DNA from: Eubacteriales bacterium
Lineage (GTDB): Bacteria > Bacillota > Clostridia > Christensenellales > CAG-138
DNA: 64,000 nt
Direction: 5' to 3'
NCBI GenBank assembly: GCA_021373115.1
Contig: JAJFTI010000036.1
Location: 12,524 to 76,523, forward strand
Made by a program: the position numbers and the translations under genes. The notes under the pieces are model-generated. The model was not told where the DNA came from and did not search any database. It saw only the letters and a list, made by a program, of their open reading frames with translations. Positions 42,293 through 53,400 of the stretch are shown one piece after another; positions within the stretch are counted from its first letter, which is position 1, and the number at the start of each line of letters is the position of its first letter.

Positions 42293-42904
42293 TCAGGTTT
42301 CGCCTTCCGCGCACGATTCCGCGCGCTTCCGGCCCGAAACAACATAGATCTCGTCGCTGGATTCGACAACGTCCACGTCCATCCACACGCGCATCAGTTC
42401 GGCAAGCGCCGTTTCGCTGAGCAGTCCAATGGAAACCCGGCAAGCCGAGCCGGTATGATGGCGGTTGATATCCGCGCGGCTCATGCCATGCGCAACCGTC
42501 AGCCGTCCGCCCGGAACGAGCTGGCTGGCCAGGTGGCGAAGCAGCCGCTCCGGCTCCGGAAAATGCGGAAAAGCGTTGTAAATGACACAGCGGTCAAACG
42601 CGCAGGAAAACTCCAGCTCCTCGATATCCGCCGCCAGCAGCTGAATGCGCGGATCGGTAAACTTTTCCTTTGCGCGCGCAATCATCGCGGGCGAAAGATC
42701 AACCGCCGTAACAGCCGCAGCGCCCCTGTCCAGATAATCCCCCAGCAATACACCCGTTCCGCAGGCAACGTCCAGCACGGATACGCCCGCGCGGATATCC
42801 GCATAGTCGAGAATCCTCTTGAGCCGCTGTTCGTTTCGCACCTGATTCGCATCCCAGGTTGGAGCCAGTTGGTCGAAATACCGAATTACGTCACCTTTAT
42901 GCAA
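42293..42904 (-). CDS. Class I SAM-dependent methyltransferase, substrate unknown
   Basis: Motif I VLDVACGTGVL and motif post-I AVDLSPAMI. Confidence 0.8.
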   Translation of the reverse strand: MHKGDVIRYFDQLAPTWDANQVRNEQRLKRILDYADIRAGVSVLDVACGTGVLLGDYLDRGAAAVTAVDLSPAMIARAKEKFTDPRIQLLAADIEELEFSCAFDRCVIYNAFPHFPEPERLLRHLASQLVPGGRLTVAHGMSRADINRHHTGSACRVSIGLLSETALAELMRVWMDVDVVESSDEIYVVSGRKRAESCAEGET

Positions 42905-43048
42905 ACTGCGTGTATCCTTTTCTTGTATTTGAAAGGGGAATCTGCGAGCCGTTCCTACAGGTTGTAATTATAGTGGATTCCAGAAGCGTTGTCCACACGA
43001 GCGCCATTTCACCATGAACGTGCCTTCCTTTGGAACCAAAATTCGTTA

Positions 43049-43077
43049 TTGACAAACGTCCGCATATCTTGTATTCT
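43049..43077 (+). promoter_or_regulatory. Candidate pyr operon promoter TTGACA-17-TATTCT
   Basis: Hand-read hexamers at 43049-43054 and 43072-43077. Confidence 0.5.
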
Positions 43078-43116
43078 ACTCAAAATGAGTTTAATAGGAA
43101 CAGGAGGCGAACCGGT

Positions 43117-43224
43117 ATGAGTCCGCGCAGAGTGCAACATGTTAAGAAAAAATGCGCTTGCGGCATCCGTGTTTCATCCAATTCCATTCCACTTTCTATT
43201 TCGTTTTCAAACACTGGTTTTTAA
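43117..43224 (+). CDS. Candidate 35-codon pyr leader peptide (MSPRRVQHVKKKCACGIRVSSNSIPLSISFSNTGF)
   Basis: AGGAGG (43102-43107) lies 9 nt before the ATG. The ORF is the 3' part of track ORF 43030..43224. Its TAA sits at the apex of the terminator hairpin. Confidence 0.4.
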   Translation: MSPRRVQHVKKKCACGIRVSSNSIPLSISFSNTGF

Positions 43225-43239
43225 CCAGTGTTTTTTTTT
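43208..43239 (+). terminator. Attenuator terminator in the pyrB leader
   Basis: Stem aaacactggtt (43209-43219) / aaccagtgttt (43223-43233), with a run of 9 T (43231-43239). It lies 39 nt upstream of the pyrB ATG. Confidence 0.7.
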
Positions 43240-43277
43240 GCCCGAATCTATATTCAACAAAGGAGAGTGCCGCACCT

Positions 43278-44210
43278 ATGCTGGAATGTAAAAGCCTGAT
43301 CGCCCCAAGCGACCTATCCCTGACGGAACTGGAAAAACTGATCGCGCTGGCCCGGCGCATCATCCAAAACCCCGCGCGTTATGCGGAGGTCTGCAAGGGA
43401 AAGATCCTCGCAAGCCTGTTTTATGAACCTTCTACCCGAACGAAATTCTCCTTCGACGCGGCGATGCTCCGCCTCGGCGGCAGCACGCTGGGGTTTTCCG
43501 ATCCCAGTACCTCCAGCACGGCCAAGGGCGAAACCATTGCGGACAGCGCGCGGACGGTTGGCCAGTATGCCGATTTAATCGTCGTGCGGCACCCCAAGGA
43601 AGGCACGGCAAAGCTCATGAGCCGCTACGCCGCCTGCCCCGTCATCAACGCGGGCGACGGCGGACATCACCACCCGACGCAGACGCTCACGGATCTACTA
43701 ACCATCGATCATTATAAAGGAAACTTCAGCGGGCTTACGGTCGGCGTTTGCGGCGATCTCAAGTTCGGCCGGACGATCCACTCGCTGACCACTTGCCTCG
43801 CGCGGTTCCAGAACGTGCGATTCCTCTTCATCTCTCCGGAGGAGCTGGCCATGCCCGTCTTCGTGAAGGAGGAGTTGGACGCAAAGGGCGTATCCTACAC
43901 GGAAACAACCAGTCTGGAAGGCTGCATCGGTGAGCTGGACGTGCTCTACATGTCCCGCGTGCAGCGCGAGCGGTTCATCAGCGAAGAGGAATACCTGCGG
44001 CTGAAGGACTACTTCGTCCTCACCACCGAAAAAATGGCGCTGGCCAAGCCGGATATGATCGTAATGCATCCCCTGCCGCGCGTCAACGAAATTGCCACCG
44101 AGGTGGATGCGGACCCGCGGGCGGTATACTTCGATCAGGTCAAGTTCGGCATGTACATCCGCATGGCACTCATCATGAAACTGCTCGGCATGGAAGAACC
44201 GCACGCCTGA
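43278..44210 (+). CDS. pyrB: Aspartate carbamoyltransferase catalytic subunit
   Basis: ORF trimmed to MLECKSLI (ATG 43278, AAAGGAGAG upstream). Motifs EPSTRTKFSF, HPTQ and HPLPR. Confidence 0.9.
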   Translation: MLECKSLIAPSDLSLTELEKLIALARRIIQNPARYAEVCKGKILASLFYEPSTRTKFSFDAAMLRLGGSTLGFSDPSTSSTAKGETIADSARTVGQYADLIVVRHPKEGTAKLMSRYAACPVINAGDGGHHHPTQTLTDLLTIDHYKGNFSGLTVGVCGDLKFGRTIHSLTTCLARFQNVRFLFISPEELAMPVFVKEELDAKGVSYTETTSLEGCIGELDVLYMSRVQRERFISEEEYLRLKDYFVLTTEKMALAKPDMIVMHPLPRVNEIATEVDADPRAVYFDQVKFGMYIRMALIMKLLGMEEPHA

Positions 44211-44236
44211 ACGGGAAGAAAGGGAGAGAACACGAT

Positions 44237-44659
44237 ATGATCAACGTTTCAAAACTGAAAGAGGGCATCGTGATCGACCATATTCGCGCGGGTCACGGAT
44301 ACAAGATTTTTCTCCAGCTCGGTCTGGACGCGCTGGACGATGTGGTGGTGCTCATGCGGAACGTGGAGAGCACCAAAATGGGTCGCAAGGACCTGATTAA
44401 AATCGAAACGAATCTGGATTTGAACCTGGACGTGCTCGGTCTGATCGATCCGGACGTGACGATTACCTACGTAAAAGAAGGCAAGTGCGTGCAGAAAATC
44501 AAGCTCTCGCCGCCGAAGACCGTAACGGGCATTCTTTCCTGCAAAAATCCACGCTGCATCACGAATCAGGAACATATTTCCGACGTACGGTTCCATCTCG
44601 TGGACGCAAAGACGAATCTGTATGCCTGCGAATATTGCGACGCGCGGACGCGCCTGTAA
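44237..44659 (+). CDS. pyrI: Aspartate carbamoyltransferase regulatory subunit
   Basis: 140 aa. N-terminal segment VIDHIRAGHG. C-terminal Zn site CKNPRCITN...CEYCD. Confidence 0.9.
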   Translation: MINVSKLKEGIVIDHIRAGHGYKIFLQLGLDALDDVVVLMRNVESTKMGRKDLIKIETNLDLNLDVLGLIDPDVTITYVKEGKCVQKIKLSPPKTVTGILSCKNPRCITNQEHISDVRFHLVDAKTNLYACEYCDARTRL

Positions 44660-44668
44660 GGAGAAACG

Positions 44669-45829
44669 ATGATTACGCAATACCGAAATGCCAGGCTGAT
44701 CGACGCAGCGGGGGAACGCTGCGGCGATCTTTGCGTTGAAGACGGCACCATTGTCTTCTGCGGCCCGTTGAACTGGCAGCGCGCGGATCGGACGGTGGAT
44801 GTGCGCGGGCTTGTGCTGATGCCCGCGTTTATCGACCTGCACTGCCACCTGCGCGATCCGGGTTTTCCGGAAAAGGAAACCATGGAAAGCGGCATGAAGG
44901 CGGCGCTTGCGGGCGGCTATGCGCACCTGTGCGCAATGGCAAACACGAACCCCGTCATCGATTCGCCGTCGCTGGTCGTAACAAATCTGAATCAGGCAAA
45001 ATCCCTCCGGCTCTGCCGGCTGACGCAGGCAGCCGCGGCGGGCAGGCAGCTCGGCGACGAAATGCCGACCGACCGCACCGCGCTCAGCCGTGTAACCAAC
45101 CTTGTCAGTAACGACGGCAAGACCATTCTTTCCGGCGACTTCATGCGGCAGCTGCTCCGGGATTCGGCTCGATACGGGTTTGTTGTCAGCACGCATTGCC
45201 AGCCGGAGCGCGCGACCGTTGCGCGGGACATCGCGCTCTTGCGCGAAGTCGGCGGCAACCTGCACGTCGGCCATGTCAGCCGCGCGGAAACGGTGGAAAT
45301 GATCCGCAAAGCGAAGGCGGAAGGGCTGCCCATCACCTGTGAGGTAACCCCACACCATCTGATTGGATTTGACAGCGATTATAAAGTGAATCCTCCGCTG
45401 CGAACCAAAGAGGATACGCTCGCACTGATCGCGGGCATTCGGGACGGCACAATCGACTGCCTCGCCACCGACCACGCGCCGCATACCGAGGCGGACAAGC
45501 GAAACGGAGCAGCCGGGATTTCGAATATCGAATATGCTATGCAGGTCTACCTGAAGGTCTTTTCCGAGCACGGCATTCCGCTCACGCGCCTCTCCGAAAT
45601 GGCTTCGCTCGCACCCGCAAAGCGCCTTGGCCGAAAAGCCGGGCTGTTGCAGGCGGGATATCCGGCGGACGTTACCATTCTTTCCACCGAAGAGGAAAGT
45701 GTGATTCACAGTAAGCAGATGCTCTCGCGCTCACACAATACGCCGTTCGACGGCTGGCGGGTACGCGGCAGAGTTCAAGCCACAATTATTGAAGGGGAGA
45801 CACGATATGAGTATGGAAAAATTGGTTAA
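44669..45829 (+). CDS. pyrC: Dihydroorotase
   Basis: Motifs FIDLHCHLRDPG and ATDHAPH. Confidence 0.9.
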   Translation: MITQYRNARLIDAAGERCGDLCVEDGTIVFCGPLNWQRADRTVDVRGLVLMPAFIDLHCHLRDPGFPEKETMESGMKAALAGGYAHLCAMANTNPVIDSPSLVVTNLNQAKSLRLCRLTQAAAAGRQLGDEMPTDRTALSRVTNLVSNDGKTILSGDFMRQLLRDSARYGFVVSTHCQPERATVARDIALLREVGGNLHVGHVSRAETVEMIRKAKAEGLPITCEVTPHHLIGFDSDYKVNPPLRTKEDTLALIAGIRDGTIDCLATDHAPHTEADKRNGAAGISNIEYAMQVYLKVFSEHGIPLTRLSEMASLAPAKRLGRKAGLLQAGYPADVTILSTEEESVIHSKQMLSRSHNTPFDGWRVRGRVQATIIEGETRYEYGKIG

Positions 45830-46658
45830 CGCGGCTCGAAGGAAAGGCCCCGTTTGCGTTGGTCTCGACACGCAGCTTTCCTTTTTGCCGGAGTACCTCA
45901 AGGCGAAGGACTGGTCCGACGGCGAAAAAATTTTTGAGTTTAACCGCGCAATCATCGAAGCGACCGAGGACGAGGCGGGCTGTTTTAAACTCCAGATCGC
46001 GTTTTACGAAGCGCTCGGGCTGGACGGCATGGCGGCGTTTTCCAAAACGCTCCGCTACGCGCGAGGCCGCGGCAACGTTACCATTACGGACGCGAAGCGC
46101 GGGGATATCTCCTCCACCGCGGAACAGTACGCAAAGGCGCACTTTTCCGGCGATTTCGAAACGGACGTGATGACGATCAACGTCTTCATGGGCGAGGACG
46201 CGGTCTCTCCGTATTATCCCTACCTCGCGAAGGATAAGGGCGTGTTCGCGCTGGTGAAAACCAGCAATCCCAGCGGAAAGGATTTTCAGGACTTGCGCAT
46301 CGACGGCGAAACGCTCTACGAGCGCACCGCGCGGAAGGTCTCCGAGTGGGGCGAACGCTTTCTTGGCGAAAGCGGGTTTTCCGCCATCGGCGCGGTCACG
46401 GGGCTGACCTATCCGGAGGAGTTCGAGCGCATCCGCCCGCTATTGCCGCATACCTTTCTGCTCATTCCCGGTTACGGCGCACAGGGCGGAACGGGCAAGG
46501 ACATCGCCGGATTCTTTCAGGGCGGCGTCCGCGGCGTGGTCAACTCCTCGCGCGGGCTGATCACCGCGCACAAGGGTAAAACGGAAGGCGAGGATTTTGT
46601 TAAGTATGTCCGCCAGGCCGTGCTCGACATGAAGAAGGATATCCTCCAGTGGCTGTAA
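45807..46658 (+). CDS. pyrF: Orotidine-5'-phosphate decarboxylase (long, type 2)
   Basis: Start taken at ATG 45807 (GAAGGGGAG upstream). Motifs VCVGLDT and DAKRGDI. Confidence 0.85.
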   Translation: MSMEKLVNAARRKGPVCVGLDTQLSFLPEYLKAKDWSDGEKIFEFNRAIIEATEDEAGCFKLQIAFYEALGLDGMAAFSKTLRYARGRGNVTITDAKRGDISSTAEQYAKAHFSGDFETDVMTINVFMGEDAVSPYYPYLAKDKGVFALVKTSNPSGKDFQDLRIDGETLYERTARKVSEWGERFLGESGFSAIGAVTGLTYPEEFERIRPLLPHTFLLIPGYGAQGGTGKDIAGFFQGGVRGVVNSSRGLITAHKGKTEGEDFVKYVRQAVLDMKKDILQWL

Positions 46659-47365
46659 TACGAAGCAACCATCGCATCGCGGCGGGTGTCTACCGCATGA
46701 CGGTCTCCGGCGTTCCGCTTGGCCGCGCGGGGCAGTTCTTCATGCTGCGGGTTTCCGGCGTGCTTGATCCGCTGCTTGGTCGGCCGATCAGCATTTTCGG
46801 TGCGGATGCCGGAACCGGTGAAACGACATTTGTCTACCAGACGCCGGGGCGCGGCACGGCGCTGTTCGCCGACCTGCTGCCCGGGCAGGCGATTGACGCG
46901 CAGGGGCCTTATGGAAACGGTTTCCCGCTGGAATCCGGCGGAGCGGTGATTCTTGGCGGCGGCATCGGCGTCGCCCCCCTGCATCAGCTTGCAAAGGAAT
47001 TGCGCGCCAGCGACCCAAAACGGCGCATCGACGTGTTCCTCGGCTTTCGCGAGGAAGCCTATTGTGTCGCGGACTTCGAGCAGCTTTCCGACTCGGTTAC
47101 GGTGAGCGTTGGCGGAATCGTGACCAACGACGTCGATTTTTCGGAAAATGCCGTTTACTATGCCTGCGGCCCCGCGCCCATGCTTCATACGGCGGCTGAG
47201 CAGGCGCGGGCAGCGAACGCGCGGTTTTTCGTTTCGCTCGAAAAGCATATGGCCTGCGGCGTCGGCGCCTGCCTCGGCTGCACCTGCGAAACGACAAACG
47301 GCAGAAAACGCGTCTGCAAGGACGGGCCGGTATTCGAATACTCGGAGGTGCAGCATGTCCTATAA
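46649..47365 (+). CDS. pyrK: Dihydroorotate dehydrogenase B electron-transfer subunit
   Basis: FAD/NAD(P)-binding fold. C-terminal 2Fe-2S motif MACGVGACLGCTC. Confidence 0.85.
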   Translation: MAVIRSNHRIAAGVYRMTVSGVPLGRAGQFFMLRVSGVLDPLLGRPISIFGADAGTGETTFVYQTPGRGTALFADLLPGQAIDAQGPYGNGFPLESGGAVILGGGIGVAPLHQLAKELRASDPKRRIDVFLGFREEAYCVADFEQLSDSVTVSVGGIVTNDVDFSENAVYYACGPAPMLHTAAEQARAANARFFVSLEKHMACGVGACLGCTCETTNGRKRVCKDGPVFEYSEVQHVL

Positions 47366-48263
47366 TCCGCTTTCGCTCGAACTCTGCGGCGTTTCGCTGA
47401 AGAATCCGGTCATTGCCGCAAGCGGCACCTTCGGGTTCGGGCGCGAATACGCCGAACGGATGGAAGTTTCCCGTCTTGGTGGCATCTGCGGCAAGGGGCT
47501 GACGCTGCGCGGCAGCGCGGGAAACGCCGGTGAGCGCGTTTACGAAACCCGCTCTAGCATGCTTAACAGCATCGGTCTGGAAAACCCCGGCGTGAAGCAC
47601 TTTGTGGAACACGAAGCGGCATTCATGCGCTCGCTCGGACCCGCGGTCATCGCAAACCTCGGCGGACACAGCGAGGCGGACTATTTAGAGGGCGCGGAGC
47701 TGCTCAACGAAGCGGATATCGATCTGCTGGAGCTCAACATCTCCTGTCCGAATGTCAAAGCGGGCGGCATGGCTTTCGGTATACTGCCGGAGACGGCGGC
47801 GGACATTACGCGAAGAGTCAAGGCGATCTCGCGACATCCGCTGATGGTTAAACTTTCGCCAAACGCGCCGGATCTCACTGCCGTTGCGCGCGCTTGCGAA
47901 GAAGCGGGCGCGGACGCGCTGAGCCTCGTAAATACTTTTCTCGGTATGGCGATCGACGTGAAGCGCAGACGTCCGGTGTTCGACAATGTCTACGCCGGGC
48001 TTTCCGGACCCGCGATCTTCCCGCTTGCGCTGCGAATGGTGCACCAGGTGTGCAAGAGCGTATCGATTCCCGTGGTCGGAATGGGCGGCATCGCATCGGC
48101 GGAGGACGCGATCCGGATGATTTTAGCGGGCGCGCGGGCGGTGCAGGTCGGCACGATGACGTTTGCCAGCCCGAACACCCTGCTGGAAATCATAGACGGA
48201 CTTTCTGCCTGGTGCGCCAAAGAGAGAATCTCAAATCTGCAGGAAATCTGCGGGATTATATAA
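47355..48263 (+). CDS. pyrD: Dihydroorotate dehydrogenase B catalytic subunit
   Basis: ORF trimmed to MSYNPLSLELCGVSLKNPVIAASGTFGFG (ATG 47355). Motifs NISCPN and GGI. Confidence 0.9.
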   Translation: MSYNPLSLELCGVSLKNPVIAASGTFGFGREYAERMEVSRLGGICGKGLTLRGSAGNAGERVYETRSSMLNSIGLENPGVKHFVEHEAAFMRSLGPAVIANLGGHSEADYLEGAELLNEADIDLLELNISCPNVKAGGMAFGILPETAADITRRVKAISRHPLMVKLSPNAPDLTAVARACEEAGADALSLVNTFLGMAIDVKRRRPVFDNVYAGLSGPAIFPLALRMVHQVCKSVSIPVVGMGGIASAEDAIRMILAGARAVQVGTMTFASPNTLLEIIDGLSAWCAKERISNLQEICGII

Positions 48264-48276
48264 GGAGACTGGTATT

Positions 48277-48858
48277 ATGAACGATCATTTGAAGGTTATG
48301 AAACAGTGTGAAGCGTTTCTGGAGGGGCATTTTCTGCTCTCCTCCGGGCGGCACAGCGGCGGCTATTGCCAGTGCGCCAAGCTTCTGCGCTTTCCCGCGC
48401 TCGCGGAGCAGGTGCTCTCCGCCGTGGTCGAACAGGTGAAGAACCTGCCGATCACCAAGGTCTGCGGACCTGCGATGGGAGGGATTATCGTTTCCTACGA
48501 GCTCGCGCGTCAGCTTGGTGTCGAGAGCATCTTCACCGAGCGCAAGGACGACGTTATGCAACTCCGGCGGGGTTTCTCGGTTGGTCCAGGCGACCGGGTT
48601 CTGATTGCGGAGGACGTGATCACCACCGGAAAATCCACGATGGAAACGGTAGAAGCACTGGAAGCCATGGGCGCGGAAGTGATCGGCGCCGCCTGCATTG
48701 CGGATCGCCGCGCGGCAGGCTGCGACTTTCCCCTCCCTGTTTACGCGGCGCTGAAACTCTCCATCGAGTCCTATGAAGCAGACGCCTGCCCCATTTGCCA
48801 GGAGGGAATTCTCCCTCTCGAAAAACCAGGCAGCCGCGAAATGCCCGCATTAAAATAG
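48277..48858 (+). CDS. pyrE: Orotate phosphoribosyltransferase
   Basis: PRPP-binding motif VLIAEDVITTGKS. Confidence 0.9.
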   Translation: MNDHLKVMKQCEAFLEGHFLLSSGRHSGGYCQCAKLLRFPALAEQVLSAVVEQVKNLPITKVCGPAMGGIIVSYELARQLGVESIFTERKDDVMQLRRGFSVGPGDRVLIAEDVITTGKSTMETVEALEAMGAEVIGAACIADRRAAGCDFPLPVYAALKLSIESYEADACPICQEGILPLEKPGSREMPALK

Positions 48859-48871
48859 CGCTTACCGGCAT

Positions 48872-48920
48872 CAGAAAACCGGCTCCTGTTACTTCGGAAG
48901 CCGGTTTTCTGTGTTTCGCT
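48872..48920. terminator. Terminator shared by convergent pyrE and eno
   Basis: Stem cagaaaaccggct / agccggttttctg, followed by a T-rich tail on the plus strand. Confidence 0.6.
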
Positions 48921-48923
48921 TTG

Positions 48924-50450
<1,527 letters not shown>

Positions 50451-53400
50451 TTATTTCACCGCACCGTTTTGCTCTTCCTCTTCCTTCCGGCGTTTTGCCA
50501 GCAGCAGTAAAAACCAGAGCAAGCCCATTCCCAGCAGACCCGCGCCAGCCAGAATGATCCAGAGCGGGATTCCGCCCTTCCCGGCAAGAGGCGTCTGCTC
50601 GTCTCCAATCCGCTCCGTCAGCGGTTCCGCGGGCGCCTGAAGAACCGTCATTGCGCCGTAGACCGTCATTCCGCCTTCCGGAACGGTGGTCGGCAGTCCG
50701 GTCCAGCCACCAAACGAATACCCGTCCAGCGTTGGTTCATCGGGAACCGGCATCGCGTCGCCATAGTGCAATCCGGTATAGGAAGCGTACGGCGAAGCGC
50801 CGTCAAGGCCCGTTCCGGTGCCGCCCGTTACGAAGTATGTTACGTCATATTCCAGCTGTTCCCACTGCGCATAGAAGTTCATCGCCGTAGTCGGCATGAT
50901 AAACGTATTTCCGGGCTGCCGTGAGATCGCGCCGGCCGGCGTGTCGCTCCAGCCGAGGAAGCGATATCCGCGGCGGGTAAAGCTGTTCGCCGCAACCGTA
51001 ACCGTGGAAAGGGTTGCGTGGGTTCCTTCCAGGAAGCTCCCGCCTCCGGCATAGTTCGCATAGTACGTAACCGGCGACAGGTTCGGCGTCCAGGCAGCGG
51101 TCATCACGGTCAGGTTGTTCGGCATAATGAAGGTCCCGTTTGCGCCGTAAGTATGGACGGTACCGTCCACATCACCGCTCAGCCAGCCGGCGAAGGTAAA
51201 CCCGGCACGCGTCGGCACATCGGCCGGCAGCTTTACCGTGGAGAGGTAGGCTGCGCCAAAGATGTTGGTCGGCATATTGGCGACCGCCGCACCCGTACCG
51301 GTACGGAAGAATACATCATAGCGCCGCGCTTCCCATTGTGCGGTCAGCTGCAGGTTCGCCTGAACCTCGGCAATCTCCGCGCCGAGCGGATAGAGCGTCT
51401 TGGTCGTTTCGTCCAGCCAGCCCGTGAGGATATAGCCTGTCCGCGAAACATCCGCGCCCAGGCTGAGCGCCGCGTTTCCGCCAAACGGCGTCCAATGCGC
51501 TGTCGGCATGCCGGTGACCACATCCGTCGTACCCGTTATATAGGTAATCTGGGGATCAATCGTCAAGGAGCCGGCAATGGCATTGACTACATAGTTCCCG
51601 TTTCGAATTGTGGAACCCGTCCCCAGATCTATATAGAGTATCTCGGAGTGTAAGCCGGGGTCTTCTGCCGTTGGCAGCCCGGCGTCCGCACGGTATACGC
51701 TGATTGCGGTTCCCGCAAGATCCGCGGGGAGCACGTCGTAGTACATCCGCCCCCTGAATTCACCCGTACCGAAGTAATAGGTATAGGCGGGATCCGGATC
51801 GCCGAAGTTCTTTGTCTGATCATCCGTTATGATCATCACGTAACGCGGTTCCACCTTCAGCTTTCCATAATTCGTTTGGAAAGCGTAATCCCCCGCCTGT
51901 GTTCCTTCCGCCATAGCCGGTATGACAAACAGATTGTCCACTTCACCGGCATTTGTCCGCGAGGTGGTAGAACTCGGTTCCGTTTTGAATCCTTCGCCCG
52001 GTGCAAAGCCGTCTCCGCTTTGGGTTATCTTCGTCGCCATCAGCGGAAGACCGTCGTAGACCTTGCTTGCCGAGCCGGACTCGAGCGTTATGTTGCGCGG
52101 TGTGATCATCAAGAGCGCGCTGCCATACGCCGTTTTATAGTTCGGATTCACCGCCGCAACATAGATCCTGTTATAAACGGCGGTATGAACACCCTGGAAC
52201 TCACCCTTCGTATACTTGCTCAAATCGGTCCCGCCGATTCGATTGAAGTAATACTCCGTTCCGCTGGGAAGACTCGCTTTGTCAATTGCAACCGAGTGCG
52301 CCTCGCCATCGTAAAGCACAGTAACATCCTTAACGTTCAGTGTCGGCGCCTCCGCCGGCGTAACGGTCAGCGAACCGGGCAGTTTTGTGATGTTGTAGTT
52401 TTCCGGTTTCGTAGTATCCGTCAGCGTTACACTGGTAATCGTGTTCACTGCCGGGGAGGTAACATCCTTCACCTTGCTGTCCGGGTCGAACAATACGCCG
52501 GAAATACCCTCTCCCGCCACAAATTTCCCGGAGACAGTATCATATTCGAGCCAGTCATGCTCGTTTCCGTCATATACCCAGCTCTGATCCTGCGCTTTGA
52601 TCGTAATCGGAACAGACGTTATGTTTACTTCCGCGCTGCTGAAATACGAAATATAGTTCTTGTTGGTAACAACAAAGTAAACGGTTCCGCTTTCGCCAAC
52701 GTCCGTAAACGACGGATTCACCGTTTGTTTATAGTCTTCCGGATCATCATGCTCGCTGCTGCTGTAGCGAATCTGCGTATCCGCGGAATCGAGCGGAGAC
52801 GTCACGTTGACCGTAATACTGTGGCCGCTGCCATCGTACGGCTCGTTATATCCCGAGGACGATACCTTCATTGCGGCCGGCGTAATGGTCAACGTGCCCG
52901 GCTTGGTATCAACGTCGTACAGGTAGGTAACGTCCACGTGATCCTTAACGATCTTGACCGTTCCCAGCGTCACGGTGACCGTATATTTGTCAACATCGGT
53001 GCCCTTGCCGGAAACCGTGTATCCGGTGACCTCCAAATCCGGCTCGGAAAGATCCGCTTTATCTACCTTCTGTTCCTCGCCCGTATAAACAGTCTCCAGC
53101 GATTTTCCGGTGATGGTCAGTACTTTCTTATCCCCCCAGACGGCGTAGAGCGTCAGGTCGCTATTCGGCATCGTTACCTTATTGCCCGGCGTATACTTGG
53201 CGTCCGGCATTTCCGCGTCGAAGTCCTCGCTCCAGCCAAGGAAGTAATGCTTCGCCAAGGTGATGGGGAACGAAAGAACGGTAAACTCTGTGTTCCGCGC
53301 GACCGTCTGGGTTTCCTGCGCGGGTGTTCCGCCGTTGGCATCATAGAACACCGTGAAGTCTCTTTGCTCCAGCGTCACAACGACGCTGTGATTTCCTTCC

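Noticed and set aside
43084-43208. PyrR-binding anti-antiterminator in the pyrB leader
   Set aside because: I looked for the UCCAGAGAGG-type loop. Only weak resemblances were found (GAGTCCGCGCAGAGTGC), so I cannot support a PyrR site by eye. A covariance-model scan would settle it.
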